Part shown: one piece after another, positions 35,090 through 44,035 of the stretch | How the letters are laid out: each line of letters opens with the position of its first letter | How positions within the stretch are numbered: the first letter of the stretch is position 1 | Assembly (NCBI GenBank): GCA_045627065.1 | Contig: JAZQMX010000048.1 | Coordinates: forward strand, 13,014 to 77,013 | Source of the DNA: Bacteroidales bacterium | GTDB taxonomy: Bacteria; Bacteroidota; Bacteroidia; Bacteroidales; F082 | Direction of reading: 5' to 3' | Length of the DNA: 64,000 nt | Position numbers and translations under genes: made by a program | Notes under the pieces: generated by a model | The model's input: the letters and a program-made list of their open reading frames with translations, nothing else | Databases searched by the model: none | Told to the model about the DNA's origin: nothing

Positions 35090-35851
35090 TCAGATCAAAA
35101 ATCGTATCTCTTTAATGTCGAAACAGTGTTGTGCGTGCGTTTCGTCAGTCAGCTGAAGACGGCCGAATTGGTCAATGTTGGTCATAAATAGATGAAGGCG
35201 TTTCCCGATGACTTCATAGTCGGCCCATTCGTGGTAACGAAAAAGCCGTGCATAGTACCTATTATTAATGGATTCTCTTGTGTCCCCGATCCCTTCTTCT
35301 ATCATGTTGTGTTGTACCTGCTCTACGAGGGTGGCAATGTGTGAGACTATTTCTTCCATTATGGGTTTTAGGTCGAACGTTTTCCCCGTAATCATTTGCA
35401 TCGAGATGGGATGCGTGGGCCAATCCATGAATTTTGTCTGGTTGATATTCAGGCCAATGCCTATGATGGAATGGTCGAGATAGGCTCCGCTGATGGTGCT
35501 GTTGATGAGGATGCCGCCGAGTTTATGCCCGTCATAATAGAGGTCGTTTGGCCATTTGATGCTGAGTTTTTCTGAGGGTAAATAGTGGTCGAGCACTTCC
35601 AATATACCTATCGGGACGAGCTGCGAGAGCATGAATTGGTCAGGAGCCGGCAACCAACTCGTACCGAGAGCCAAGGAAAAGGTGAGGTTTTGCCCTTTGG
35701 CGCTTTCCCAAGAGTTGCTGCCCATGCCTTTCCCTGCGGTCTGCTCGTCGGATGAGACGACGAAACCGTTGATTTCGGTCGTGCCTTCCAGGCGTTGCAG
35801 GTAGGCGTTGGTGGAATCAACGGTTTCGATATGTCGGAATGTGAAATGCAT
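35090..35851 (-). CDS. birA: Biotin--[acetyl-CoA-carboxylase] ligase (no HTH domain)
   Basis: SDEQTAGKGMGSNSWES is a variant of the GRGRxGRxW motif. KWPNDLYYDGHKLGGIL is also present. Confidence 0.85.
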   Translation of the reverse strand: MHFTFRHIETVDSTNAYLQRLEGTTEINGFVVSSDEQTAGKGMGSNSWESAKGQNLTFSLALGTSWLPAPDQFMLSQLVPIGILEVLDHYLPSEKLSIKWPNDLYYDGHKLGGILINSTISGAYLDHSIIGIGLNINQTKFMDWPTHPISMQMITGKTFDLKPIMEEIVSHIATLVEQVQHNMIEEGIGDTRESINNRYYARLFRYHEWADYEVIGKRLHLFMTNIDQFGRLQLTDETHAQHCFDIKEIRFLI

Positions 35852-37476
35852 TATTCCACGATTACTCTTTGTGCGTGTTCGCCGATCTGAATGGCATATA
35901 TGCCAGCGCCATAGACGCTCAGGTCGATTTGCAGTATTCCGTTAGAACGGGTTTCAAAGACACGCTGCCCAGCCATGTTGTAAACAGTGACAGTTTGTTC
36001 GCCATCGCAGAAGATGTTGACGTTGCCAGAGGTTGGGTTGGGGTATATGACTGAAGCTTCGTTCTCTTCGATGCCAACGGTGGCTTCATAGAAGAACTCG
36101 TTGCTTTCGCTGAAGCCGTAGTCGTTGCCCGAGAATAGGGTGGTGCTGCCGGCTTTTAGACCATAGACGCCTGAGCCATCAGTGAGGCCGTCGCCACCTT
36201 CATCGTAGATGGTGAAATCATAGCAGTCGTCGCCCGTGATAGTGATGGTCTCATTATACATCTTGTTAGGATTGGCGTAGGGACCTCCTTGAGCGACAAC
36301 TTGACCCGTTGTCAGACTCTTGATCTCCCACGTGATTTCTTGTGGGTTGCGGTCGGTACGGATGCTGAGTTTCAGTGTCTTGCCAGCGATATCGGGAGTG
36401 CCGGAAAATTCCAAGGTGGTGATGTCGTTGCCATTGGCTTCGTCAGAAGTGCCATTTACGTCAAGGATTTTCACTCCGATGATGTTGCTCTCTTCAACAG
36501 GGAAATTGATTTCTCCAACTTCTACGGTAGCTTTTTCAAAGGCGTTGAGAGATCCGGTCCATTCAAGGGTCTTGACCATCTCGCCGTTGACGAGAATGTC
36601 GATGTTGGCAGAAGTGAGTGTGTTGCTGCCATAGTTGCAAAGTTCGAAGGTGGGTTGAGCCACACCACTGCAAATCATCGATTTCACGTTGCTGATGTTG
36701 CTTACGCCAGCTTCGTTAGCAAAGAAAGGCTCGATGCTTTGCGAGCCGCGGCAGGCCTGATACACTTCCTTGGTGCTTGGGTCTTGAATCCATGCGACGG
36801 CATCGAGTTGGCTGTTGTCGTAGATGTTGGCCAATTCCCAAGTGAAGGATTGAGCGAAATAGTCGCCCGCTTCGACAGGGCCGATGGCAGTTCCTCCAGC
36901 TGAAGGCAGGAGTTTCTTCATGACGCTGTAGAAATCGCGCTCGCCATTGCTGCCAGGGGCAGAGGTGAAGTGGATTTCCTTTTCGATGACACCGACGTAG
37001 AGGCGCAAGTTACCGCTGACGGCAGCCGAAGCCTTGCCCATTACGTTGACGGTGATGGTGTTGGCAGCCAAATCGACTTCTGTAGCGAGACGCATCTCGA
37101 AAGGTGACTCGATGGCCAGCCAGTTGTTGACCATGTTTTGGTTGAGGCCCGAAGGCACATCGCCAAAGCGAATGCCATCTACAACGGTGTGAGGCACTGC
37201 ATTGACGCCGTACACGCCTTTACGAGCATCGTTGTCGGTGGTGTTGTGGAGATACATCGGGTCGTTGGCACCTGGCCAACTCATGTGGTACTTGATGGCG
37301 GCCACGCGGTCGCCATTGGCATTGATGAGGGCATCCAAAGCTGGATTTTGCGATGCGCAAGGCCCACATCCTGTGTTGGTGAAGCATTCAAACATGAGCA
37401 CACGCTCGTTTTGTGCGCTAAGATTCAACGAGATAAGCATCGTCAACGATGCAAGAAATAGTAAATGTCTTTTCAT
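35851..37476 (-). CDS. T9SS-sorted surface protein with an N-terminal thioredoxin-like/Omp28-like CxxC module
   Basis: Has a signal peptide. It contains LMFECFTNTGCGPCASQ. The Por tail is IYPNPTSGNVNIF...VYNMAGQRV...GIYAIQIG...VIVE. Confidence 0.7.
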   Translation of the reverse strand: MKRHLLFLASLTMLISLNLSAQNERVLMFECFTNTGCGPCASQNPALDALINANGDRVAAIKYHMSWPGANDPMYLHNTTDNDARKGVYGVNAVPHTVVDGIRFGDVPSGLNQNMVNNWLAIESPFEMRLATEVDLAANTITVNVMGKASAAVSGNLRLYVGVIEKEIHFTSAPGSNGERDFYSVMKKLLPSAGGTAIGPVEAGDYFAQSFTWELANIYDNSQLDAVAWIQDPSTKEVYQACRGSQSIEPFFANEAGVSNISNVKSMICSGVAQPTFELCNYGSNTLTSANIDILVNGEMVKTLEWTGSLNAFEKATVEVGEINFPVEESNIIGVKILDVNGTSDEANGNDITTLEFSGTPDIAGKTLKLSIRTDRNPQEITWEIKSLTTGQVVAQGGPYANPNKMYNETITITGDDCYDFTIYDEGGDGLTDGSGVYGLKAGSTTLFSGNDYGFSESNEFFYEATVGIEENEASVIYPNPTSGNVNIFCDGEQTVTVYNMAGQRVFETRSNGILQIDLSVYGAGIYAIQIGEHAQRVIVE

Positions 37477-37609
37477 TTGATTTGAATTTAGATTGTCTAA
37501 TTATTGCCCAAAAATACGTTTTTTGTCAAAGATGACAATTTTTTATTGCGAGATTGATGTTTTTTTACGACTTTTGCGTGCAAATTTATCATCATTAAAA
37601 TTTAAGCTT

Positions 37610-38314
37610 ATGATTAGAAAATCTATCCTTACACTTATGCTGTTGGCCTTTGTTGGTGGCGTGACAGCTCAGAATCTGCAATTTGAGTATGAAGGTCATG
37701 TGTATGCTGATGGCGAAACCATCACTTGCACAAACGACGAATACGGTTATGGCGAGATCATTCAACACATGCAAATCCGTAACCTTACAGACAATGACAT
37801 CAATGTCGTTGTCGAAAAGGAAGTTGTTGAAGATCTTGAAAATACAATGAATACTTTCTGCTTTGGCAACTGCTACGGTCCAGACGTTTTTGTTGGAGCT
37901 GCTGTCAACATCCCTGCCCAAAGTGTTTCTACAGAGGATCTTTCTTTCCATGTCTTCTTCTTGGAAGTTGAAGGCGAAGTGGTGATGAAGTATTATGCTT
38001 ATCCAGAAGGCGATGCTGCTAACAAAATCAGCCTCTTGGTCAAGTTCTCATACCGTCCTTCAAACGTTAACGAAAACGCCACAATGGGTCATGCCTATCC
38101 TAACCCAGCTTCATCAGTGGTGAGCTTCAATGTCCAAGGTGCAGAGAACGCTAGCATCGCTATCTTCAACCTCCTTGGTCAGGAAGTGCTGCGTCAAGAT
38201 GTTGAAAATGGTCAAGTCAATATCTCGGTTGCCGACCTCGATAAAGGTATCTATTTCTGCAACCTGATGGTCAATGGCGAAGCTGTTTCAACAGAAAAAC
38301 TGGTTGTAAAATAA
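37610..38314 (+). CDS. Small secreted protein with a T9SS C-terminal domain
   Basis: Start trimmed to MIRKSILTLMLLAFVGGVTAQ (ATG 37610). The tail is AYPNPASSVVSFNV...IFNLLGQEV...GIYFCNLMVNG...LVVK. Confidence 0.75.
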   Translation: MIRKSILTLMLLAFVGGVTAQNLQFEYEGHVYADGETITCTNDEYGYGEIIQHMQIRNLTDNDINVVVEKEVVEDLENTMNTFCFGNCYGPDVFVGAAVNIPAQSVSTEDLSFHVFFLEVEGEVVMKYYAYPEGDAANKISLLVKFSYRPSNVNENATMGHAYPNPASSVVSFNVQGAENASIAIFNLLGQEVLRQDVENGQVNISVADLDKGIYFCNLMVNGEAVSTEKLVVK

Positions 38315-38336
38315 ACAGTAGAACTAAAACATAAAA

Positions 38337-38369
38337 ATGGCATCACCCTCGGATGATGCCATTTTTTTT
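38337..38369 (+). terminator. Intrinsic terminator
   Basis: ATGGCATCAccctcggaTGATGCCAT has a 9-bp stem and is followed by a T8 run. Confidence 0.8.
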
Positions 38370-38388
38370 GTGCCATAAGGTGTGTGCT

Positions 38389-39066
38389 TTATGCGATGCC
38401 TCTTTCAATCATGGCGATGATGGTTTCGATGTCGTCGTCTTCTTGACTCTTGTGTGGGTCAAATTCCGACTTCAGGTCGTAGCCCCACAGGCGAGCAAAT
38501 CCTTGATAGAAGAAAGCTCTGAACTTGCCTCGTAATTGCTGCACGACTTCGTAGGATGAGTCGCCAGTCTCGCGGTCAATGAGACGAATTAAGATGAGAC
38601 CTTGGCTGAAATTGAGCTTCTTCAACTCGTCGGTATATCGATCTGTAAGGTCGTCTTCGGCTTTTTTCATGAGCTCGCGACGGGCTGATGCGGATGATTC
38701 TCTTGCTAAAAGTGAGTCGTATTCATGCAGCATCTCTCTTGCGATAAGTGCATAAGGATACACTTTCTTCACGTTGATGGCAAGGCGGCGACCGGTTCTG
38801 GTTTCGATGATTTGGTTGTAGCGTTGCATCAAGTCAATGTCTACTTCAGGCAAATTGACCATCAGCAAGGTGTCGCCATTCTCGAGGATTTGTGCGTACA
38901 CCACATGCGTTTCGGTCTGATCCTCTGAAAAGCTGATAACGCTTGGCTTGGGTTGCTCGACTTTTTGCTGAGGCTTGATGCGTACGACTTTAGGCTTGCT
39001 GATCATTTGAGCGAAACCAGTTGAAACCAGTAAAGCGAGTGCTATGGTGAATGCTATCTTTTTCAT
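38389..39066 (-). CDS. Secreted hypothetical protein (DUF4294-like; unverified)
   Basis: Start trimmed to MKKIAFTIALALLVSTGFAQ (39066). The assignment comes from recollection of an LPEV...KKVYPYA pattern only. Confidence 0.5.
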   Translation of the reverse strand: MKKIAFTIALALLVSTGFAQMISKPKVVRIKPQQKVEQPKPSVISFSEDQTETHVVYAQILENGDTLLMVNLPEVDIDLMQRYNQIIETRTGRRLAINVKKVYPYALIAREMLHEYDSLLARESSASARRELMKKAEDDLTDRYTDELKKLNFSQGLILIRLIDRETGDSSYEVVQQLRGKFRAFFYQGFARLWGYDLKSEFDPHKSQEDDDIETIIAMIERGIA

Positions 39067-39124
39067 GAATATAGTGCTTTTGTTGTTTGATGTGATTGCA
39101 ATAGCAATGATTGTGCCAAAAACG

Positions 39125-39158
39125 ACAATGGGACGCAACAAAAGTTACGTCCCATTGT
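39125..39158 (-). terminator. Intrinsic terminator after clpX
   Basis: acaatgggacg (39125-39135) pairs with cgtcccattgt (39148-39158) in an 11-bp stem. On the minus strand it is followed by cgttttt. Confidence 0.7.
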
Positions 39159-39182
39159 TTGTTTAGTGTGGTAATACCTCAA

Positions 39183-40418
39183 TCAGTCGCCAACATGGAA
39201 CTTGGCTAAGCCTGACTTTTCGAGTTTCTCCTCGGCGTAGGCACGGTCAACAACCAATTCCTTGGCTTTGATGTCGGATGGCATCTCGAACATGGCATCG
39301 TTGAGGATGGCTTCCATGATGGAACGCAGTCCGCGTGCGCCAACCTTGAATTCGATGGCTTTGTCAACCACATAATCAAGAACTTCTTCTTTTATGACGA
39401 GCTTGATGTGATCCATGGCGAAGAGCTTTTCGAATTGTTTTATGATAGCGTTCTTCGGCTCGGTGAGGATGCGTTTCAGTGCTTCCTTGTCGAGTGGGTT
39501 GAGGTGCGTGATGATGGGCAGACGTCCGACGATTTCAGGGATGAGGCCGAATTTCTTCAGGTCGGCAGGAGCGAGGTACTGGAGCATGTTCTCCTTATCG
39601 AGTGCTTCGCCATTTGCGCTGCCGTAGCCGATGACGTTGGCGCGTTTGCGCGAGGCAATGATGCGCTCGATGCCATCAAAGGCACCACCGGCGATGAATA
39701 GGATGTTCTTCGTGTTGACGGGAATCATCTTCTGCTCGGGATGCTTGCGTCCACCTTGTGGTGGGACGTTCACTACGGTGCCTTCAAGTAGCTTCAGCAT
39801 GGCTTGCTGCACGCCTTCGCCCGACACGTCGCGAGTGATGCTCGGGTTGTCGCTCTTGCGGGCGATCTTGTCGATTTCGTCGATGAAGACGATGCCTCTT
39901 TCGGTGGCAGGCACATCGTAGTCGGCGGCTTGCAGCAACTTGACGAGGATGTTCTCTACGTCTTCACCAACATAACCGGCTTCGGTGAGTACCGTGGCAT
40001 CGGCAATGGCGAAAGGCACGTTCAACATCTTGGCGATGGTACGAGCCAGTAAAGTTTTGCCGGTACCGGTTTCGCCCACCAGGATGATGTTCGACTTCTC
40101 GATTTCAACCTCATCGTTGTTAACGGTTTGGCTGAGACGTTTGTAGTGGTTGTAGACGGCTACAGCTAAGGTGCGTTTGGCTTCGTCTTGCCCGATGACG
40201 TATTGGTCGAGGAAGTTTTTTATCTCCAAAGGCTTCTTGATGGTATAATTCTTCATGCCAGTAGGCATGCGATTTTCCTTGAATTGCTCTTTGACGATAA
40301 GATGTGCTTGCTCAGCACAACTGTCACAGATTTGTGCATCGAGACCTTGTATCAGCAGCCTGACCTCGGTGGCTTTCTTCCCACAAAAGGCGCAAACGCC
40401 AGTTTTTCTTGTGGCCAT
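39183..40418 (-). CDS. clpX: ATP-dependent Clp protease ATP-binding subunit ClpX
   Basis: An N-terminal zinc finger (CAFCGK...CDSC), Walker A (GETGTGKT), Walker B (IVFIDEIDK) and an IGF-like loop region. Confidence 0.97.
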   Translation of the reverse strand: MATRKTGVCAFCGKKATEVRLLIQGLDAQICDSCAEQAHLIVKEQFKENRMPTGMKNYTIKKPLEIKNFLDQYVIGQDEAKRTLAVAVYNHYKRLSQTVNNDEVEIEKSNIILVGETGTGKTLLARTIAKMLNVPFAIADATVLTEAGYVGEDVENILVKLLQAADYDVPATERGIVFIDEIDKIARKSDNPSITRDVSGEGVQQAMLKLLEGTVVNVPPQGGRKHPEQKMIPVNTKNILFIAGGAFDGIERIIASRKRANVIGYGSANGEALDKENMLQYLAPADLKKFGLIPEIVGRLPIITHLNPLDKEALKRILTEPKNAIIKQFEKLFAMDHIKLVIKEEVLDYVVDKAIEFKVGARGLRSIMEAILNDAMFEMPSDIKAKELVVDRAYAEEKLEKSGLAKFHVGD

Positions 40419-40421
40419 GTC

Positions 40422-41102
40422 TTATTTCTTAATGAGCACTTCGTCAATCATGCCGTATTCCTTAGCTTCGGCAGCGGTCATCCAATAGTCGCGGTCGGAG
40501 TCGGCCCACACTTTGTCGTAAGGTTGGCCTGAGTGGTTGGCGATGATTTCGTAAAGCTCTTTCTTCAGTTTCTGAATCTCGCGAGCGGTGATTTCAATCT
40601 CGGTGGCTTGACCTTCCACACCGCCCATAGGCTGGTGAATCATGATTCGTGAGTGAGGCAGGGCTGAACGCTTGCCTTTGGTGCCTGCGCACATCAGTAC
40701 GGCAGCCATCGAAGCGGCCATGCCGGTGCAGATAGTGGCAACATCAGGACCGATGAACTGCATGGTGTCGTAGATGCCCAAACCGGCATACACGCTGCCG
40801 CCAGGTGAGTTGAGGTAGATTTGGATGTCGCGTTTCGGGTCGGTCGATTCAAGGAAGAGCAACTGGGCTTGGATGACGTTGGCAACGTAATCGTCGATGG
40901 CAGTGCCGAGGAAGATGATACGGTCCATCATCAAGCGTGAGAAGACGTCCATCTGGGCGACGTTGAGTTGACGTTCTTCGATGACGGTAGGAGAAATGTA
41001 ACCACCGTTGTTGCTGATTCTTGACATATACTGTTCAAGACTTAATGGGTTCATTCCCATGTGCTTGGTAGCATACTTGAAAAATTCGTTGTTCATGTTC
41101 AT
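40422..41102 (-). CDS. clpP: ATP-dependent Clp protease proteolytic subunit
   Basis: [10 protein letters not shown] marks the active-site Ser, and IMIHQP marks the His. Length is 226 aa. Confidence 0.97.
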   Translation of the reverse strand: MNMNNEFFKYATKHMGMNPLSLEQYMSRISNNGGYISPTVIEERQLNVAQMDVFSRLMMDRIIFLGTAIDDYVANVIQAQLLFLESTDPKRDIQIYLNSPGGSVYAGLGIYDTMQFIGPDVATICTGMAASMAAVLMCAGTKGKRSALPHSRIMIHQPMGGVEGQATEIEITAREIQKLKKELYEIIANHSGQPYDKVWADSDRDYWMTAAEAKEYGMIDEVLIKK

Positions 41103-41132
41103 AATGATTTTGTTTTTTAATATTAAAAACCA

Positions 41133-41170
41133 AAAGGTTCAAAAGGGCATAATGACCCATCTGAACCTTT
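41133..41170 (-). terminator. Hairpin between tig and clpP (terminator/attenuator candidate)
   Basis: aaaggttca (41133-41141) pairs with tgaaccttt (41162-41170). On the minus strand it is followed by ttggttttt. Confidence 0.5.
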
Positions 41171-41187
41171 GACGATAGTTTTATGGA

Positions 41188-42540
41188 TTATTTTCTTTCT
41201 TCTTCGAGCTTCTTGATGAACTCGGAGTAGGTGATTTCGGTGAAGTTGATGTTCATCTTGCCTTTCAAGAAAGCGGTCATCTTGATGTCGGCAATCTGAT
41301 TCTTCAGTTGTTCGGTCTGTTCACCTTCCTTGAGGTAGTTGGCGGCAATCTTGTCGAGGTTGGCCTTCATGTCGTCTTCGAGGGTGTTGTAGTCGATGCC
41401 AGGGAAAATCTGCTTGATGACGAAGTCCTTCAGTTCGGCGTCGGTCACCACGAGGTCCATGTTGTCCTTCACGATGGCGTCTTCGATGAACTGCCAACGC
41501 AAGCCCTTAACGTAGTTTTCTGCGTAGTTCTTCTCGACGTCTTCCATGCTGAGTTCGCCACGGTTGTTTTCGACGATCCAACGCTTCAGGAATTCGTCAG
41601 GCAGGTTGAACTGGACGCCAGCCACCAGTTCGTCGATCATCTTGTTGAAGAGGATGCGATCGGTTTCGGCTTCGTATTGCTTTTCCATTTCTTCCTTCAC
41701 GAGGGCCTTGAAAGCATCGAGGTCGGCAACTTCCTTGTCAGGGAATACCTTCTTGAAGAACTCTTCGTTCAGTTCAGGAGTCTCTTCGCGGATGATGTCG
41801 TCGATGATGATGTTGTAGTCGCTATCGGCAGGAGCATCTTGACCGAGGAGCTTCTGTGCAGCTTCTTCCGAGTTGAGGGCTTCCTTGAAGTTGAAGATGA
41901 ATTCAGCGCCGAGGGTCTTGCCGACGATCTTCTTCTTTCTGGTCTTGGCGGTAACGGTCTTCAGGTCGAAGAAGAAGCCGTCTCTTTGGAAACCGCCTTC
42001 CACTTCCTTACCGTCTTCGGCTTCGCGGATCTTCAGTTCCACGCGGTCGTTTTCTTCGACGGTCTCAGGATGAGTGACGTTAGGATTGCGCTTGACGAGG
42101 TTGTCGATGGTCTCTTGGATTTCCTTTTCTTCAGGAATGACGTGGTAGAAATCGACCATGGTGTTGCTGAGGTCGTATTTGATTTCAGGACGGATGGCGG
42201 CTTCAAACCAGAATTCCATCGTCTCTTGGTTCTCGAGGTCAGTAGGAGTCTGTTGGTCAGGGTCGCTGAGTGGATAACCGATGAGGTTGAGGTTGTTGTC
42301 GATGATGTGCTTGTTGAGGCTTTCTGAAACCAGGTCGTTCAGCACTTCCATCTTGGCTTGCATGCCATACATTTTCTTCACCATGCCCATAGGCACCATA
42401 CCTGGACGGAAGCCAGGGACGTTGGCCTTCTGACGCATTCTCTTCAACGAGTCGTTTACCTTTGGTTCGTAATCTTCCTTAGCGATGCTAATCTTGATGG
42501 AGACAAGTTGCTCTCCCTTTTCTTTTTGTGTAATATTCAT
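41188..42540 (-). CDS. tig: Trigger factor
   Basis: 450 aa. The N-terminal ribosome-binding motif is VPGFRPGMVP. It has an acidic three-domain layout and lies upstream of clpP-clpX. Confidence 0.93.
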   Translation of the reverse strand: MNITQKEKGEQLVSIKISIAKEDYEPKVNDSLKRMRQKANVPGFRPGMVPMGMVKKMYGMQAKMEVLNDLVSESLNKHIIDNNLNLIGYPLSDPDQQTPTDLENQETMEFWFEAAIRPEIKYDLSNTMVDFYHVIPEEKEIQETIDNLVKRNPNVTHPETVEENDRVELKIREAEDGKEVEGGFQRDGFFFDLKTVTAKTRKKKIVGKTLGAEFIFNFKEALNSEEAAQKLLGQDAPADSDYNIIIDDIIREETPELNEEFFKKVFPDKEVADLDAFKALVKEEMEKQYEAETDRILFNKMIDELVAGVQFNLPDEFLKRWIVENNRGELSMEDVEKNYAENYVKGLRWQFIEDAIVKDNMDLVVTDAELKDFVIKQIFPGIDYNTLEDDMKANLDKIAANYLKEGEQTEQLKNQIADIKMTAFLKGKMNINFTEITYSEFIKKLEEERK

Positions 42541-42679
42541 TATTTATTGTGCTTTGTATTTCTATATAGTCTCTTAACTCTATTTTTTCAACCTTCGTTG
42601 ATTCTTTTTTTCTGGAGCGCTTCGTCGTGCCTCCTCGCGAAGACGCGAAGCGACAGCAACTTTTCACCTAAAAAAGCAG

Positions 42680-42761
42680 TGCGGATGAAGGGACTCGAAC
42701 CCTTACTTCTCTCGAAACTAGATCCTAAGTCTAGCGCGTCTACCAATTCCGCCACACCCGC
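42680..42761 (-). tRNA. tRNA-Leu (anticodon TAG), type II with a long variable arm
   Basis: The reverse complement is GCGGGTGTGGCGGAATTGGTAGACGCGCTAGACTTAGGATCTAGTTTCGAGAGAAGTAAGGGTTCGAGTCCCTTCATCCGCA. The acceptor stem is GCGGGTG/CATCCGC, the anticodon stem-loop is CTAGA-CTTAGGA-TCTAG, and the T-loop is GGTTCGAGTCC. Confidence 0.93.
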
Positions 42762-42817
42762 GTGTGCGATTTTGAGGGCGCAAAGATACAACTTTTATTT
42801 ATATATAGGTATAAGAA

Positions 42818-43960
42818 TTAGTTTTTCACATCCAAGGCGTCTCGTAAGGCGTTGCCGATGAGCATGAAAGCCAACACCAAGAGCATGATGGCGATGCCGG
42901 GTAGGATGGCAAGGTAGGCAGCATCCAAGATGATGAAGGCGTAATTTTCTTTGATCATGCTACCCCACGAAGGCATGGGTGGCTGCACGCCGATACCCAA
43001 GAAACTGAGGCCAGCTTCCAAAAGGATGGCGGATGCAAAATTGGCTGCCGAAACCACGATGATGGGGTTGAGGATGTTGGGTAAGATGTGACGGAAAATG
43101 ATGCGCAAATCCTTGAAACCTAAGGCGCGGCCGGCTTCCACGAAAGTGGTCTCGCGGATGGAAAGAATCTGTCCGCGCACGATGCGTGCAACTTCGACCC
43201 ACATGGTAAGTCCCACGGCGATAAATACTTGCGCGATGCCCTTGCCTAAGGCGAAAGTGATGGCGATGACCAAGAGTAGGGTTGGGATGGACCACACCAC
43301 GTTGATGAACCAAACCACCACGTCATCGACTTTGCCGCGGAAGAAACCTCCCAAACTACCTACTACGATGCCGATGAGCAAACTCAGCAACACGGCGATG
43401 AAACCCACCGAAAGGCTGATGCGGCTACCCAAAATGAGGCGGCTGAGGAAATCGCGACCAAACTGGTCGGTGCCCAAAAGGAATTTTTGGTGTTTCACGC
43501 AATACCTATTAATATATTGCTCGGCTTCGGTCGCCGAAGTGAATTGCTTCCCCGTGATTTCAAGGTTGCTGATGACTTCTGCTTTTGGTTTGTCGGTTGG
43601 CTCTGGATTGAAAAGGTAAACCGTTGTGTTTTCTCCTTGAATTACTATACTATCGAAGGGCAGATAGGTACAATCGTCGGGGCGGCCATTAAGCAGTCTT
43701 TGGAAAAACGATGGCTGTGGTGCTGGATTTTCCTTGGGAATGAGCAACATATCAACCTCGAAACCAGGTTTCTGGGTGCTGAGTTCGAGTAACTGCCGGT
43801 TGGCATTAGGCGTGGCATCGGGGATGAGGTAATAAGCAAAAATGGCGACGATGGCAAATAGTACGACAAAGCCTGCTGCAACCATTCCCAACTTGTTTTT
43901 GCGGAAACGCTGCCATGCTATCGTCCTAGGTGATAGGGTCTTGTCGTGCTTTTTGCCCAT
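42818..43960 (-). CDS. ABC transporter permease (OppC/DppC-type)
   Basis: An OppC N-terminal-like start (TIAWQRFRKNKLGMVAAGFVVLF) and an EAA-loop region (FVEAGRALGFKDLRIIFRHILPN). Confidence 0.85.
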   Translation of the reverse strand: MGKKHDKTLSPRTIAWQRFRKNKLGMVAAGFVVLFAIVAIFAYYLIPDATPNANRQLLELSTQKPGFEVDMLLIPKENPAPQPSFFQRLLNGRPDDCTYLPFDSIVIQGENTTVYLFNPEPTDKPKAEVISNLEITGKQFTSATEAEQYINRYCVKHQKFLLGTDQFGRDFLSRLILGSRISLSVGFIAVLLSLLIGIVVGSLGGFFRGKVDDVVVWFINVVWSIPTLLLVIAITFALGKGIAQVFIAVGLTMWVEVARIVRGQILSIRETTFVEAGRALGFKDLRIIFRHILPNILNPIIVVSAANFASAILLEAGLSFLGIGVQPPMPSWGSMIKENYAFIILDAAYLAILPGIAIMLLVLAFMLIGNALRDALDVKN

Positions 43961-44001
43961 GACTTATTCTTTTGTTTTGCCGTTATTTGAGTTTCGATTG
44001 G

Positions 44002-44009
44002 CAAAAATA
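44002..44009 (-). promoter_or_regulatory. -7 box (TATTTTTG) for the permease gene
   Basis: The reverse complement of caaaaata. It lies 42 nt upstream of the ATG at 43960. Confidence 0.4.
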
Positions 44010-44010
44010 C

Positions 44011-44018
44011 TACTTTTG
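44011..44018 (+). promoter_or_regulatory. -7 box (TACTTTTG) for the NhaC-family gene
   Basis: Matches TAnnTTTG. It lies 18 nt upstream of the ATG at 44036. Confidence 0.45.
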
Positions 44019-44035
44019 CAGCAAAATGTTGGTCT

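Noticed and set aside
41308-42327. A 339-aa plus-strand ORF inside tig.
   Set aside because: It is antisense to trigger factor and has no motifs.
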